Source: Cenococcum geophilum (lineage: Eukaryota). Taken from it: a stretch of 64,000 nt of DNA. Below, one piece after another: positions 52,682 to 64,000 of this stretch. Each line of letters starts with the position of its first letter. Positions within the stretch are counted from its first letter, which is position 1. The position numbers and the translations under genes are program-made. The notes under the pieces are model-generated. The model was given only the letters and a program-made list of their open reading frames with translations, was not told where the DNA came from and did not search any database. Location of the stretch: the NCBI GenBank assembly GCA_050273025.1, contig CP158635.1:3658001-3722000 (forward strand), written 5' to 3'.

Positions 52682-54103
52682 ATGCCTAGCAAAGGCGTTC
52701 AGCTATACGCATACATAGCCGTACCAGGCTGCCAGGTGGAATTCTCCGTCCCTAAGGCTTCGATCCAGAAGCATGACCTCAATACCTGGTCGAATGACCA
52801 CCTCGAAGTAGAGAAGAAGAACCTCGGGTCACCTTTCAAGTTTTCTGGGCGCTTTTCCTTCAAAGTAACACGCAATGGAAACGAGCTTGCAAACCAATGG
52901 GTCGAAGTCAATACGCTTACCGGCAGTCTGGAAGACGGAACCATGAAAGATATGGAGACCACCCCGTCCATCCTTAAAGACAATGTGATTATCACCTATG
53001 GATTTTACGATGCGGGGTCGGGCGTCGCCGGACTTCCCAAATCCCACCAGTGCTATGTGACAGTCACGCCCAACTACTCGGACTGGATGGGCTCCATCGC
53101 ACCCCCTAACTCGCCGCAGGCCGGGAAAGCGTTCAATCGCCTCGTTTTGCCATCCTCGCACGACATAGGCATGAACAGCATGCAAACCTCTGAGGCCATG
53201 CTCCAGCATGCTGGGACTAATATCATCAAATCCGTCCTGGGTACTCTTCGAGGCGCCACTTCCGTCCTCGACAAAGTCTCAGACTCGGCTATAAATGCAA
53301 TTGCGCCCAACATCATCCGTGGGCTAGCTATCACGCAAAAGGACACCCTACCCGTCATCCTAGCCATCGGGGCGCGTTACTTCGAGTTTCGTCCAGCGCA
53401 TTGTCACAGGCAGATGCAAAAGGTATCCCCGCTTCCAGATTCGCTGTACTTCCAGCACGGCGCAATCCCCGGCATGCCCTATGCACAGTTCCTGCACGAC
53501 ATCATCTCTTTCCTCGCATCTCACTCCAACGAAATCATCGTGGCACAGCTGCGCTGGGATGGTGTGCCAGCGGATTGTCCTCGGCCTTCAGACCAGGAGC
53601 TGAACGACGAGCTGAATAAAGCGCTTGCGGCATTCGGTGGCGATCAGTCTATATCAGTCGGAAACCTGGACGATATGAGAAACCGCACCATCGCGCAGCT
53701 CCGCTCCGACCGCAAACGCCTCATCATAGTACGAGATATAGATCAGGTGTCTAATTACGACGACAAAGCCAATGCCACCCTCGATGGGGGCAGCATTGTC
53801 ACTGCCCTCTCTAATCTTTCCGAGAGACCTCACGGTGGTCATCCGCTTACATTGCTGCAGTGCCAGGCCACGGCAACGAACATACCCGATGTGATTGCGT
53901 ACAGTGTTCTGGCATCTGATGCATCAACATCCTGCCTGCTGGCGACAAAGGCAATTTGTGATGCAAAGACTTTGCCCTTGCTGAGAGGGCAGGTGGGTAA
54001 GAATTTGACAAAAGATGATGGACTAGTGGCGGTTATGAACGATTTCTTCGATGGTGGCACAGCGGATGTGGCTATAGGGATGAGTAGGGATAGGTTGGGT
54101 TAA
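52682..54103 (+). CDS. PLC-like phosphodiesterase (PI-PLC X-domain TIM-barrel family), 473 aa, intronless
   Basis: Motifs LVLPSSHDIGMN, ITQKDTL..ILAIGARYFEFRP, QHG, FLASHSNEIIV; TATA-like TATACATAA at ~52,572. Confidence 0.85.
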   Translation: MPSKGVQLYAYIAVPGCQVEFSVPKASIQKHDLNTWSNDHLEVEKKNLGSPFKFSGRFSFKVTRNGNELANQWVEVNTLTGSLEDGTMKDMETTPSILKDNVIITYGFYDAGSGVAGLPKSHQCYVTVTPNYSDWMGSIAPPNSPQAGKAFNRLVLPSSHDIGMNSMQTSEAMLQHAGTNIIKSVLGTLRGATSVLDKVSDSAINAIAPNIIRGLAITQKDTLPVILAIGARYFEFRPAHCHRQMQKVSPLPDSLYFQHGAIPGMPYAQFLHDIISFLASHSNEIIVAQLRWDGVPADCPRPSDQELNDELNKALAAFGGDQSISVGNLDDMRNRTIAQLRSDRKRLIIVRDIDQVSNYDDKANATLDGGSIVTALSNLSERPHGGHPLTLLQCQATATNIPDVIAYSVLASDASTSCLLATKAICDAKTLPLLRGQVGKNLTKDDGLVAVMNDFFDGGTADVAIGMSRDRLG

Positions 54104-54985
54104 TGCGGATATGGAGTTGTCGATGAATTACGAAATAAAGGATATCGTGAAAGCTGCGATGCTCATATCTTTCCAACTCAGAAAATTCAACTGTGGCTCG
54201 AGGAAACCTTGTCATTTGCCTTATCGCTTAACTTGGTCGAATTGCTACCCTCTCTCCTTTGGACAGAATAGCGTAGGTCGGCGCAAAGGGTATCAGTTTC
54301 AGCCGCCAGTAAGACAAAGGCACAAAGACGTATATCAGACGAAATAGATTTCTTCTTAACCTCTAGATAATCTATGTGCGCTATGGTGCCAGTGAAAAAA
54401 GAAATCGCTAAACTGTTATTCATCGCTAGAGTTCCAAAAGGTAAGAACGCAACACAATGTAAGGTCCCCATGTGTCTTAGCTTCATCATTCACTCAACGC
54501 GAGCGAATGAGAGAATACGCGAAGCGAACGTCGAAATTACCAGCACGTGATGGTAACGAGCAATTGATAAAAATCCCAAAGATGTATCATACTTTTTTTT
54601 GGTATCTAGCACCTCCACATAGTGCTAATTTATTTATTGGAAGAGGATCGTGAGATATGTGGGATCTAAACAATGAGGTGGTTTGTTGAAAGGTACTGCA
54701 TGGCCCGAATTCTGTTGATGTAACCCGGCATGACTGAACGAATGGGATTTCGTTAACGGCGGGGGAATCCAGTCTAAAGTCCCGTCCATGGAGTTTCGGC
54801 GAATGAAATATCTGCGGAAGGAATCTTCGATTTAGAAGGCGATAGTGGGCATTACTAATACCGGCATAAGGCGGTGGTTAGTATGGTCTTCATCTAGTAG
54901 AATAAGACCGAACTACCGAACTGAAGGTGGAGATAAAAGGGATATAGTGGCGCTGAGGGCCGGCCGCAATGCTCGCTGGCGACTC

Positions 54986-56984
54986 CTAAGCTTCAATTTC
55001 GGGAAGCAGCCCAGCTACTCTTTTATCATCTTTGACAAAGCGAAGGTAAATACTTCTAGCACCCAGAGAAAGTAGACAGAGGCAGAGCAATGCTAACAAG
55101 CCTTCAAGCATGAGAGTGATGAAGCACGGAAAGTTGGAGGCATAAGTCGTGATAGAAATGATACGGACGAGTGCAGCTTGTCGGACTTGGTCAGATGCTC
55201 CACCGAGCCAGGTCAGAACTCCAGCAGTGTAAAATAGCCAGGTAATTCCTTCGAATGAAAGTTTTAGCAATGTATAGGATTCTTCAAAGGTGGAAACATA
55301 CCGGCAATGAAGCACACGGTAACTCGTTTGCTAGCAAACCAGATACCAGCAATGACAAAAAGCATACCGCCCCATCGGCCAAGCATGGCTCCAATGCCAC
55401 TGAATATTGCTATCTGCTGGATCTTTTCGGTAGTTTCATCGACCGTAGACTTTAAATTGGCGGCAGTGATTTGGAAAGCTTCGAGAGTGATATCAAGATT
55501 TGCTAGACGCTAACCGAATGTTAGCTTCCCGTAATGCGGGGAGCAGAGTTATCAATTAGTTACCTGATCGAGGAGGTTCTGACGTTGGTACATTTGTGTC
55601 ATGAGCTCAGAGGAGCCATGCTAGATTAGGTCAACGACTAAAGATCATGCAAGAAGTGAGTAGCCACATACCACTGCATTACTTAAGCGTGCAAACGCCT
55701 CAGATAGAAGTTGCAGTTGGTTTGTCCTGACTAGGTCAAGCGTTTGCTGGATTCTCAAGGCACTCTCATGGCTTAGTTGCCACTGTTGGATTTGAGAAAC
55801 CGTATGCTCCGAGTTCGCAATTGCCGTATCTTTGAAGAGGTTTAAAATACCCTCGCGAGTTTCATGGAGATTAACTCTAGAGCGGTAAAGAGTCTGCATT
55901 AAGTTAGAAACAACGATGGACGAGATTTCGAAGCTAGAATCCTACCTCATTTAGCTCGTCAACCCGAGCCTCGGCAGCCATCCATGCCTGAGACATCGTA
56001 TTAATCATATTCTGAATACCGGATCGCATATCCACCATGAGCTCGGAAAGAGCAGACAGGGTTTCGTTGCGGCCATTCTTAAGGCCACTCAGGGCCTGTG
56101 CTTGAGAGGCCCTTACTGCCTCCGCGAATGCCATCTGCTCTGCATGCTGTGCCTGGGCTTCCTGCACTGACTTCGCAAGCGCAGAAGTAATGTCTGATGT
56201 AACTTCGGCCAAAGACCTATACAAGGATAGCTTCTCATCTGTGACATAAATGTGAGAATTTAATCGATCTAAAAAATTGACAGACATACCTCGTTCAATA
56301 GCGTCTCTGCTCGCCTGGCACATTACCACAGCATTTTGCTTGGCATTGCTGTAAGATGTCCACGACTGAGGTCTGGACTCCAGTGCCCGTAGGCATTGTA
56401 TAACCTGTGAGCTAGCTGCTTCAGGATAGCACAACTCATCATGTGAACGACTTTCCTGTCGAGTAAACAGCGATCGAAAGCGGAATTTTCCGCATGCATA
56501 AGAAGATGGTATAAAAACAGCGCATTCCCGTGGAATGTTTACCTTCGCACCATTGAGCTCACAGACAGCCAACCGTACTGCATACTCCGATTTCACCTCG
56601 TCTAGGATGAGTTCACCTTTAGTTTTGGCGTTGCTTGAGCCTTTAGCCGACATCTCAAGAGATTGACAAGAGTTAATTAGTGTGAGAGCTGCTAAGTGAT
56701 TGCATGACGGAGATAATTCCATGGAGCGAATTATTCGTAAAGCATGAGAAAATATCTCCCGTTGCTGGACAGGCGGATTTTGTAGCATTGAGGCTAGATC
56801 GGAAGAAAGAGTCTCTAGAACTACGCTTAGTTAGTCAAAATTCCGCTTACATGAGCGATACTCAAGATCCAGACTGACCTTGAGTCCCAGCATGAGCATC
56901 GTGAGCGAATATAGTTGATCCTAAGGAAAATAAGGCAATGGTCAACACTATGGTTATATCATTAAAAGCTGAACGAAACTGCAT
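54986..56984 (-). CDS. KAR5: Nuclear fusion protein Kar5/Tht1-like, multi-exon
   Basis: Signal-peptide-like N-terminus from ATG 56,984; Cys-rich domain SPSCN..L..SC...EYAVRLAVCEL..A...IP.EC...CL.ALESRPQSWTSYSNAKQNAVVMC; coiled coil; C-terminal TM segments; several GT-AG introns. Confidence 0.88.
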
Positions 56985-57406
56985 CTTGAAAAGGGCAGGT
57001 CAGAGGTAATTGAGAAGTCAAGTCAAGTAAGATGAGACTGTTAAGTTGAGGGAAGAAGATGTTGTTTCTTATAGGACCAGCTGAATCAAGCACAGCTAAA
57101 TGAGCAGAAAGGTGTGAGTCTAGTTGTCAAATGAGCGAGCTGTCCTCATTAGTCGGAGTTCCTCCTTGGAGCAGAGTTCATTCGAATTAGCAATCAAATC
57201 CAGCGTTACGCTGTCTAGCTTTCTAAACGACTCATTAAATGGAAAAGAGCGGTAGGGCGGAAGGATGATCTGTGAGATGAGTGAGGGTTAAAGACCAACA
57301 ATGGAACCGCAGAACACGTGATGGGAGCTTGGCGCAAATCAAATCGGTCCTCATTCGAAGATTCATCTGATGAGAATTGCAAAGCTTCAATCTAAAAACC
57401 ACAGCT

Positions 57407-58278
57407 ATGTCCGGCCCTGTGCGGCGGCGTTGTGCGCAATGCATCACTACCACTTCTACTTCGAACAATTCTGTATCTCTGCCTTCATTCCTTCTTCCAG
57501 CCTTCCAGCCAGCTTCCCCGTTTAGAAGCTTTGCGACCTCATCACCACGTCTGTCGAAGATTGGGAAAGCGCCGCTGTCAATTCCACCCGAGGTCACGTT
57601 CAATGTTATTACGCATAAACAGGGAAATAATGGGAGAATAAGTAGGACACAGCCAATGTCAACAGTGCACATTAACGGGCCGCTTGGTAAGTAGGTTTCG
57701 ATGACGATTGAATTTACGGAGCTAATGAACATCTAGGGGAGCTATCCATGTCTATTCCACCGTACATCACCATTGACCGAGACTCGTCTCTAAGCGGACC
57801 TACCTTGAAGGTGCAAGATTCGAGTGAGAGGGAACAGCGAGAGATGTGGGGTACGTTTATTATACCATATTGGCCATGCCGAAGTACATTGCTGACAACC
57901 ATAGGAACTGTCCGCGCTTACCTCCAGAATCATATATTAGGGGTATCAGAAGGTCATACTGCTATCTTGCGCCTAGTTGGTGTTGGATATCGTGCAACAG
58001 TTGAACCAACCGCAACCACCGTTTCTCCTGAATATCCAGGGCAACAATTCGTGAACCTCAAAGTTGGGTTCTCACACCCGGTTGAGCTAGGGATACCGAA
58101 AGGTGTGAAAGCAAGTACGCCACAGCCGACCCGTCTCTTATTGGAAGGGATCGAGAAGGAGGTGGTTATGCAATTCGCAGCAAAGATCCGAATGTGGAGG
58201 AAACCGGAACCTTATAAGGGCAAGGGTATATTTGTGAACGGTGAAACGATCAAGCTGAAGAACAAGAAAATTAAGTGA
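57407..58278 (+). CDS. MRPL6: Mitochondrial large-subunit ribosomal protein uL6m
   Basis: Presequence then SKIGKAPLSIP, GPLG, LRLVGVGYRA, LKVGFSHP, WRKPEPYKGKGI; introns ~57,687-57,735 and ~57,851-57,904. Confidence 0.95.
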
Positions 58279-58362
58279 TGCACGCAAGGTTTTTTTGATT
58301 TTATAGTCTATGTATGTGTATCATATTCTGTACAATAGGCTGACTGGGATTCAGCTGTGTAT

Positions 58363-59424
58363 CTATTTGTTACTAAGAACCTCTATAACTACTTTGGAGA
58401 CCTCGGTGTGTATCGCTTTAGGCGCGGCGACGACACCTTTGTTGGCTGACAATGTTCGCCCGATACTGAAGTCGAGCTTCTTCCCAAATGCATCAGTGAC
58501 CGTTCCTCCAGCTTCTCCCACGATGACAACACCAGCAGCGTGGTCCCAGATCTTCTCCTGGTAGGTTTTGCTGACCGGCAGTCGAAGATACAAGTCACCA
58601 GCGCCTCGAGCAATTGAGGCGTACTTAGCTTGTGAATCCATTCGAACGCTTTGCTTCGTGATGCCAAGTTTGTTGGCAATAGCAGCTTGATCGCTGTGTG
58701 AAGAGTGTCCCGCTTCAACGCTCTCGCAGAAAGTAGCCTGGGTGATATCTGATAGCGGTTTCATGGAGATTGGTTGACTAGGTTGGAGACCTGCACGACT
58801 CAGAGGACGACTCGTAGTGCCATGTCCGAGGACGGCACTGAACAAAACTCCCTTTCCCTCCTCGCCGTTTTGGTCCGCCCCTATACTGGAATCTAGCGGC
58901 GCTGTGTTATCTACTGGGAGATTTGGGCAGCCAAGAACTCCGACAGTCACTTCTCCATCAACCATCAAAGCCAAGCAGACAGCGTATTGACCTCCGCGCA
59001 GAAAACCCTTTGTTCCGTCAATAGGATCCAGAGCCCATATCCTTCCTTTTGCTCCCCCAGCGCTTTTTCCGGCATCAATTGCGTCCAACATATCTTCCAC
59101 ACTCTTCAGAGGACCTCCAAGAACTGCTTCGGCGGTGTCATCGTCCAGCTTTGTCTTCTGCACAAGTCCCCAAATCTGCGAGCGCAAAGGCTCATTCTGT
59201 CTGAGATCATCTGCGTCCTCCTCGCCCACGATCTCGTCATCAGGGAAGTTTTTGCGTATAGCGCTGATGATGAGAGCTTGTGCACCAAAGTCTCCAATAG
59301 TGACAGGAGACTTGTCATCTTTCGAGGTTGTACCCTTAGCCTTTTCGTGGAAAACACGTTTAGTGAGGAGCGTAGCTCTCTGGACGGCTAGCTCCGCAAC
59401 TTGGAGCTCCTTAGCGTACGACAT
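58363..59424 (-). CDS. MET22: 3'(2'),5'-bisphosphate nucleotidase (PAP phosphatase)
   Basis: KDDKSPVTIGDFGAQA, GEED, WALDPIDGTKGFLRGGQYAV, MDSQAKY, EKIWDHAAG; conserved start MSYAKEL at 59,424, in-frame upstream ATG at 59,619. Confidence 0.96.
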   Translation of the reverse strand: MSYAKELQVAELAVQRATLLTKRVFHEKAKGTTSKDDKSPVTIGDFGAQALIISAIRKNFPDDEIVGEEDADDLRQNEPLRSQIWGLVQKTKLDDDTAEAVLGGPLKSVEDMLDAIDAGKSAGGAKGRIWALDPIDGTKGFLRGGQYAVCLALMVDGEVTVGVLGCPNLPVDNTAPLDSSIGADQNGEEGKGVLFSAVLGHGTTSRPLSRAGLQPSQPISMKPLSDITQATFCESVEAGHSSHSDQAAIANKLGITKQSVRMDSQAKYASIARGAGDLYLRLPVSKTYQEKIWDHAAGVVIVGEAGGTVTDAFGKKLDFSIGRTLSANKGVVAAPKAIHTEVSKVVIEVLSNK

Positions 59425-60005
59425 GTTGTAAGCGGAGTGTTTGGAAGAAAAGGTACAAAGGGCGGGGTTAACGTGTTGTATTAGGAGGGTGAGACGAGAG
59501 GTGATTCTAGAAGGAAAGGTGGAGGAGAATGTAGCTAGGGCGGTTAATGCCAGGACTGCGACTGAAAGAAAGAGGATATAGGGAGTCAATGGGTTGCATG
59601 GCCGCTGGGTATACTGCATTTATGTAGAGGGAGATTTCGGAGGTGACGCCTGGCGCGGAGCTTACACCGGCGTCCGTCTGCCATTTCTTACCGCCTTCGT
59701 TGAGTCTCCGTGGAGCGAGCTGGATGAGCTAACTTTAACTCGCCCGGATTCCACACCACACCCGCTCTGGGGCATGTACTCTTGTGTATGCATTCAGCTT
59801 CATATCCCGACGAGCTCAAGCCTTATAGGGAAGCAGCGGAGCACTTTGGGTCGCACGAGTTAACCCTGCCGCAGCTCTCAGCAACAAACTCGACACCAGC
59901 AAAGCCCTAAACTCGTGCCCTTAAAGCAAACTACGTCCTACACCCCCCACAATCTTCCGTAGTCCAAAATAACTTCTCCGTGAGCAAGGTGCAGCTCTAC
60001 TCATC

Positions 60006-61623
60006 ATGGCAGCTCCTGTGGCTTTGAACACAACGAAACGGAAGTTCCATAAGCTCCTGGACAATCTTACCGCCAGCAAATCCCAAACAAGCCCGGTTTC
60101 CGTGCGTGACAGCCAAGATGGATCGACTGCTTCACTCACTGCTACCTCAGCAGAGCCTCCACCTAAGCGGTCACGACTGTCAGATCTAGGTATGGAAAGG
60201 CCTCCCTCAGCTGCTGGAGGCAAGCCTCGCCCTCTCAGCCGCGACTCACTCCTTCCTAGAAAGAGTCTAGAGAGACCGGGCAGCGTACGCTTGGTAGGAC
60301 CACAAGCCGCCAAAAGGCCTTCTACACCACGCAAAACGCCCAATTATGCTCCGTATAGCCATGAGCAGTTCCTCGCACGACTCAAAACTTTCGCGGATGT
60401 GAGACTTTGGTCGACCAAGCCAGATAGGATTGGGGAAGTGGAATGGGCAAAACGAGGATGGATATGCGAGGGCTGGAACACTGTTGCCTGCAAAGGAGGG
60501 TGTGAGCAACGTGTTGTTGTTATATTAAGGCCAAAGAGGGGGGATAAGGATGGGAAGGAGATTGACAATAGCGAAGACATGAGTATGGAAGTTGGTACGT
60601 GCCACCTTATATATTCCTGTCCTTCCACACCTTCCGTCTTTCGTTCTTCAAATTCCACCGTCGTTTTCACATACAACTGTCGCTTTTGAAACCAACCATT
60701 TCCTAACTCATTCTTTCGAACTGCAGAAGACGAGCTCGTGAATCGATATTCTGATATCATCGTTACTGGACATACTGAGTATTGTTTATGGCGAAAGGCA
60801 GGTTGCAAGAGTAAGTGTGCCTTGTTCCGTCCATATCACTCCCACGTCACCAAATCCCCAGTCTCATAATCAGATGAATTCACTTTAACAGCCCTAAGAC
60901 GTTCACTACTAACCTTGTGCTTAAGAGGACATCTATCACATTCCCATAGCTAGACGGGATCGCTGTGAACAGGACCTCTTACGTCGCTATCGGTCTTTAA
61001 TCTCCATTGAAACACATCTGCCGCCACCCGAGAGTATTACTTACCCTGGTGAACCACCAGAAACGCTCATTGCACTCTTGCCGGTCTCCTTTTTCGCAGT
61101 TACTGATAGCACATCTGAGACACCAGCTACATCAGACGGAATAGCATCACCCTCCCCTCCGAGAACCACTACACTCGCTTTTGCAATCTTCGGCTGGAGC
61201 GGTGTTCAGCAGGAGGGTCTCAACCTTGTTGTCTGTAACCACTGCTTTCAACGTGTCGGACTGTGGCTATACACGAGAGAACGCATTCAAGAAATCAGCC
61301 TCAAAGTCGACGTTGAAGAATCCCATCTTCGCCTCAATCTTCTTGAAACTCATCGCGAACACTGTCCTTGGAAGAATCCCGAGTCCCAACATAATCCTGT
61401 TGATGGTCAATTGGCCAACTCACCCGCTTGGAAAACACTACAATACATACTGGGGGCTTCTAAACGCAAATCGCCAGCTTTAGATCAATCACCCGCTGAC
61501 CAGGAAAGCCTGGTACATCATCCTCAAGTAGACAAGACAGACAAGATCACGGATACGTGGAAGAAGCTCAAATCCAAGTTGAAGAGCACGACTAGCAAGC
61601 GGTATAGCACGATTAGTTCTTGA
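60006..61623 (+). CDS. rsm1: zf-C3HC / Rsm1 (NIPA/Pml39-like) mRNA export factor
   Basis: YAPYSHEQFLARLKTF...WAKRGW...VACKGGC, H...C.W, and second module LAFAIFGWS...CNHCFQRVGLW...HREHCPW; introns ~60,595-60,726 and ~60,811-60,926. Confidence 0.88.
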
Positions 61624-61811
61624 TTTCTTTTTAAGGGTTTTAGGTATTGCATTGCTAGTTCCATACGAGCCTCTTCCTGTACAGAGACTCCTCAATCGTG
61701 TATTTTCGATCACTGGTTAGCGTCTTCAATCCTGCAAGAGCTGAAGATTTCCAACTGAATTAATAAGCATCCACCGAAGCCTCTTGAAATCAGCAGTACA
61801 AACCCGAGAGC

Positions 61812-63284
61812 ATGGATCCCAGGAGTCGTCAGGAGAGTAGTCAAACCCCTCGACCTGCACGTTAGGATGGTGGTCATCACTCTACCAACAGTGCGCCTTG
61901 CTAATCCCGTTACCTCAGACGTGCCAACAGCTAGCCACCATGCTGGATGGCAACTGCTGACTAACTTGTTTGGTGTAACTCAGTCCGTCGGAGTTGATAG
62001 GAGGAGCAGCCATCCCAGCCCATTACGTTCAAATCCTCCAGAGCAAGGCCCGCAAAGATCTTCAAGTGTTGACAGCCGCCACCCTCGTAGTAAGGGACGA
62101 CCGCCTACCCCGGAGCCATACTCGTACTACAGTTCAGACATGAGGTAAGCTATCTGGGTCCGATGTTTCCTATCATTGGAGCCATAAAGCGCATAGGCCG
62201 ACATGAACAATGTCTTGACACACTTGACATACGTAACAACTGATATAACCACCTCCCAATCGGAAACTATTATAACACCCAGGCCCAGCGTTAGATCTCG
62301 GTTTATATTCTCCCGCGCTCACACATTCGCGCACCTTCAGATGGCAAACGCCATGGCCACGTCGGACCCCACTTGCGAGCTCCTAGGCGAAACGGGAAGT
62401 TTCAGGCTTACGTATACTGCGCGCTGCCGCAACAATTCTTTTCCCTTCCTTCGTGCTAATGCTGCGTTTCGGATCCAGGCTGCCTTCACTCCGATCGGCA
62501 ACGACCGTTCTGCAAATGGCGAAGAGAGGAAAAGATTTTGGTTAAGAAACAGCTGAAGGCATTCTAGACCCAGTCCAAGGACAAGTTCAAGAGACGCGAT
62601 CGCGATCGTTCGTAGTGACAGCGACGACAGTAATGAATACAGCCCGCGTAATTGTGGTAATCGATCCGGGCCTACAGGTCCACCTGCAGCTCAACGCGTC
62701 GGGGCGAAGCTCAGCGGGACTGGAGGCGGCCGGAGAGTCCTGACAAAGAAGGGACCTGAAAACGCAATCTAAATGGTCACCGTTCCCTACGAATCAATTG
62801 AGGCCACCCCAACACCAGTTACAACAGAAGAAAGCATGATCGAGGAAATGGTTCAGAACGCGCTGGACATTCACGATAACGGTTGGAGCGGTGAGGCTGA
62901 ACGCAATGACACACTCCCGATGTCAACGAACCAAGCGTTTTATGAGATGTTGAGGAATAACGCGTCAGCCCATAACGGTAACGAGGAAAGCGATCAACCT
63001 GGACCGGCATACAAGAAAGTTCGCTCCTTTCCCGAAACCTTCGAAACATCCACCAGGGCATAAGGAAAATGGCGCGCACATTAGCTCGCCAACAGCAAAG
63101 ACGCACAATCGCAACTGAGCGAGCGCTGTTTCTGTCGCGAGGACGACGACGAGGGGGAGAGGAGCCGTCAGGCAGTCGATTCGTGTGGGTTAATCACGTG
63201 ATTAATCAGGCGTCGTATGGTGGGCCATACGCACCAAACCGCCAACGCCCGAAATCCGAAAATTTCAGAACATCAAATTCTTAG
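61812..63284 (+). pseudogene. Orphan spliced gene or pseudogene of unknown function
   Basis: ATG 61,812, intron-like signals (GTTAGG...CTAAC...CAG; GTAAGC at 62,145) and one frame from 62,203 broken by TGA/TAA stops; no recognisable domain. Confidence 0.35.
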
Positions 63285-63294
63285 TCTTGATCAT

Positions 63295-64000
63295 GCAAAA
63301 GCTCTACCTGAAGCTCTATACAAAGCTCTACTTAAAGCTTTATACGGAGCGGTAAAGCTCTTTTAATATACAGTATTAATACACTAGGATGTCCCTGAGA
63401 ACGCTCGCACGAACGCCTGCACGAACGCCCGTACGAACGTCTCTACGAACGTCTCTACGAACGCCTCTACGAACGCCTCTACGAACGCCTCTACGAACGC
63501 CTTTGCGGTTGTCTCTACGAACGCCTTTGCGGTTGTCTCTACGAACACCTTAATAAACAGACGCCTGCACAAAGCTCTATAAAAGGGGAGGTTAAGGGAG
63601 GCTCTGCCTACGGAGGCTCTGCGTATAGAGGCTCTACGTACGGAGGCTCTATACGACGCTCTGCATTGAAGACTCTGTGTATGGAGGCTCTGCGTACGAA
63701 GCTTTGCGTATGGAGGCTCTACATACGGAGGCTCTGCACGACGCTCTGCACGACGCTCTGCACGATGCTCTGCATCGAAGACTGCATCGAAGACTCTGCA
63801 TTGAAGACTCTGCATTGAAGACCCCGCGTACGAAGGCTCTGCGTATGGAGGCTCTACGTACGGAAGCTCTGTACGACGCTCTGCACGATGCTCTGCATCG
63901 AAGACTCTGTATCGAAGACTCTGCGTGCGAAGGCTCTGCGTATGGAGGCTCTACCTACGGAGACTCTGCACGACGCTCTGCACGACACTCTATATACAAA
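63295..64000. repeat. Compound tandem-repeat array (12-15 bp units, core GCTCTRC), runs off the window
   Basis: Units GAACGCCTCTAC, GCTCTGCACGAC, GGAGGCTCTGCGTAT, GAAGACTCTGCATY with higher-order block repetition and RIP-like C>T/G>A variants. Confidence 0.9.

Noticed and set aside
52699..54060. Minus-strand ORFs within the PLC-like gene (likewise within MET22, MRPL6, rsm1)
   Set aside because: Shadow ORFs of GC-balanced coding sequence.
63384..63815. 143-aa repetitive ORF
   Set aside because: Translation of the tandem array; units of 14 bp shift frame, so coding is unlikely.

Overview
Filamentous ascomycete (Pezizomycotina-type) genomic DNA with two compartments. Bases 1 to ~50,770 form an AT-rich block eroded by repeat-induced point mutation (RIP: TpA excess, TAA/TAG stops at CAA/CAG/TGG codons). 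Its left 18.4 kb is the 5' end of a dead Starship-type giant transposon on the minus strand: a DUF3435 tyrosine-recombinase captain at 15,313-17,834 plus RIP-killed cargo (BTB/POZ gene, FunK1 kinase, unidentified genes, 17-bp minisatellites). Its boundary (~18,414) cuts an LTR. The rest is a resolvable nest with target-site duplications: a Tad1-like LINE, four Ty3/Gypsy chromoviruses, a TRIM-like mini-LTR element, a solo LTR and a palindromic MITE. Two different Gypsy families each appear to carry an antisense, intron-containing, Cys-cluster ORF between chromodomain and PPT (one with Zn2Cys6-like spacing plus a coiled coil); this is the most unusual signal. From ~51 kb the DNA is GC-balanced, with a small MITE, a PLC-like phosphodiesterase, KAR5, MRPL6, MET22/HAL2, an Rsm1/zf-C3HC gene, a decayed orphan frame and a tandem-repeat array at the right edge. 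Pseudogene calls rest on manual translation with RIP reversal; no database searches were run.
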